This document shows positions 62,105-64,000 of a stretch of 64,000 nt of DNA, one piece after another. The notes below the pieces were generated by a model. It made no database searches. It had not been told where the DNA came from and saw nothing but the letters and a program-made list of their open reading frames with translations. This DNA is from Azolla caroliniana (taxonomy: Eukaryota; Plantae; Polypodiophyta). The stretch covers positions 16,864,001 to 16,928,000 of the forward strand of contig JBHGNT010000006.1 in NCBI GenBank assembly GCA_043228905.1, read 5' to 3'. Within the stretch, counting starts at the first letter, position 1. Every line of letters begins with the position of its first letter. A program made the position numbers and the translations under genes.

Positions 62105-64000
62105 TGTTATCGCTAGGGCCGGACAATGGCCTAACACAGGGTGTCTCTTTGAGACACTTCACCAAAGGGGTGTTGCGGTGAGATAGAGTTAAACCAACTA
62201 TTAATGGAACCCTAATTGGTTACTAAGTGGCAAGATCATTATTCACAATACACGCGTAGAATAAATTACACTTAGCACAGAACGGTAATTAACACTGATT
62301 AAGATACAGAACAACAACACTCTATTAATTATCCGCTAATGATTACAATCTAACCAGGCCCTTTTATAGGTCTCCAGCTCTAGGTACAAACCGGTGCCAA
62401 CCGACAACCGGCTACGAACCAGTCCGGATTCGGATCGGCATACCGAATCCGGGTTACTAATCAGCTCCCGATTATTAATTATCCCCTTTTCCCCAATCTG
62501 GACTTCCCTTGCCGGCTGGTTAACACATGGCATGCCCGTGGGACAGTACCTTGTATGTCGAATCCCACAATCCGGCCTTCATTCATTCTCCAAAATGTCT
62601 AGAATGCTTTGATCTAAGGGTTCTAATGGTTCCTCGGGAAGTTGTTCTATCGTTTACTGCTGTTGTTGTTCCTCCTCCGGTTGTTCCTGTGGCTGTGGCT
62701 GCTCTGCTCTCCGCTCCGGCTCCAGCTATGGCTGCTGTTGGTTGGCATCCGTTGCCTGCGGCTCCGTCGGTCTGACCAGCTCTGTCTCCATTCTTGGCTC
62801 GACTAGTCTTCCTGGCTCTTCCTCCTTTTCCGGCTCAACCGGCCTTGGTGTCTCCTGGTTCTGCTGTCCAGCGTGCACCGGTTCCTGCGGATGACCCTCC
62901 TCTAGTGGCCCCTCCTCAGTACTATCTGGTTGGCTTCCCCTGGCTTTAACCGGTGTTTGTTCTGAAGATGGCTCCTCGTCACTGATGCTAATCGCCATAG
63001 TTTTCTTGGCCACTTCTTGCCGTCGTCGTTCCTGTTCGTACTTTTCGAAACAGAGTTGTTTGTCCAACTGGTCATCATCCAGTTGTGCCACCAACTGGCG
63101 TACCGCCACCCTCTGCTGATGAGCCAAGGATATGAAATCATCCGCTAGTTCCTCCTTTATTGCTTCAATGCTTTCCTTATCCAGATGTAACCTTCGTCGC
63201 CCTCTTTCTGCCGGTTTTCCGCATCTGCCCACAACAACTAGAGCTTTGCTACTTGCTTAGCCCACTTCGACCACTACTGTACTAAGCTTTCTTCCACCAA
63301 TTGCTTCGTTCGATTCCTCCATGCTAGTACGATGTCCCGGATCCGCCCTAGCCCCATCTTCGACTTGTTTTCGGCGGCTTGTTTTTCGTCCTTCAATTGT
63401 TTGATCAAGCTTGCGGTTGCCACTTCTTGGCTTCTGTAGTGCATTAGTTGGGTCTGATATGTCGTCTAAACTTTGTTCAGAGTCATTGTGGCGCGCTCCA
63501 TTTCCGCATGGTGTTGCACTTGCAGGTCCATTCGCTCTTTTGTTGCTGCCGCTAGTTGTTTCGTTACTTCGGCTCCCTTCGACTGCTCTTCCAACAATGC
63601 CGCCGTCAACCGGTTAATTTCCTCCCGGAGTTCTCTGCACTTTTCCTGTTGCTGGTAATTTTCAGTAGTCAATTTCTTATGATCGGCATCCAAATGCTTA
63701 TAATCCCAGTGCAGTCGGTCGAAGTCGTCGGTTTTCTGTTTGAGCTTTTGATTGATAAGCCGGCGAGCGCGGTCCTCACGGTCTTTTTGTTGCCGGAGCT
63801 CTTCTTTGAGGCGCTCAATCTCCACTTTCGCCGTCCTTCGAAGTTTCTCTTTTTCTTGCAGGAGTTTGTCTTTTTCTTCTTTCAGCCGGTCATACGCTTG
63901 ATGGCCTCTTCTCAAGCTTTCCTCTGTTCGGCGGAGGCCGTCGGCCATTCCCGTTCATACTTTTCAAAACGGAGTTGGTTGTCCAATTGGTCATCATCCA
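62105..64000 (+). mobile_element. LTR (62105-62525) with tRNA-Arg-like PBS, probably Tat-type Gypsy; continues beyond window
   Basis: TGTTA...TTAACA followed by TGGCATGCCCGTGGGAC, close to the complement of the plant tRNA-Arg 3' end. Confidence 0.6.
62726..64000 (-). pseudogene. Fragmented coiled-coil/acidic extra ORF within the LTR element
   Basis: ORFs 63466-63948 (E/K/R heptad-rich) and 62726-63232; LDDDQLD.QL.FEKYE occurs twice. Confidence 0.5.

Overview
Eukaryotic, land-plant nuclear DNA. The mix of Copia, Gypsy and LINE families suggests a fern or other seed-free plant; that is inference only. Roughly 75-80% of the window is nested, decayed retroelements: several Ty1/Copia elements, Ty3/Gypsy elements with Trp, Ala and Arg primer sites, a chromovirus fragment, solo LTRs and LINEs. 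Two convergent host genes are present. One is a 4-exon DUF936/CORD-like gene (+, 11191-17952) carrying one nonsense codon and two frameshifts. The other is an intact 3-exon methyl-CpG-binding-domain (MBD) gene (-, 33069-28767, about 466 aa). The most interesting signal is a TGTCGTGAAG...CTTCACGACA Gypsy clan present in three forms: full-length, gag-protease-only, and non-coding tandem. Members show an antisense tRNA-like Pol III cassette inside U3, a -1 frameshift signal (G GAT TTT plus pseudoknot) after the protease, and an apparent 4-bp RCGY target preference. MBD intron 1 is an array of duplicated 3' splice-site units. All boundaries were read by eye and may be off by a few bases.
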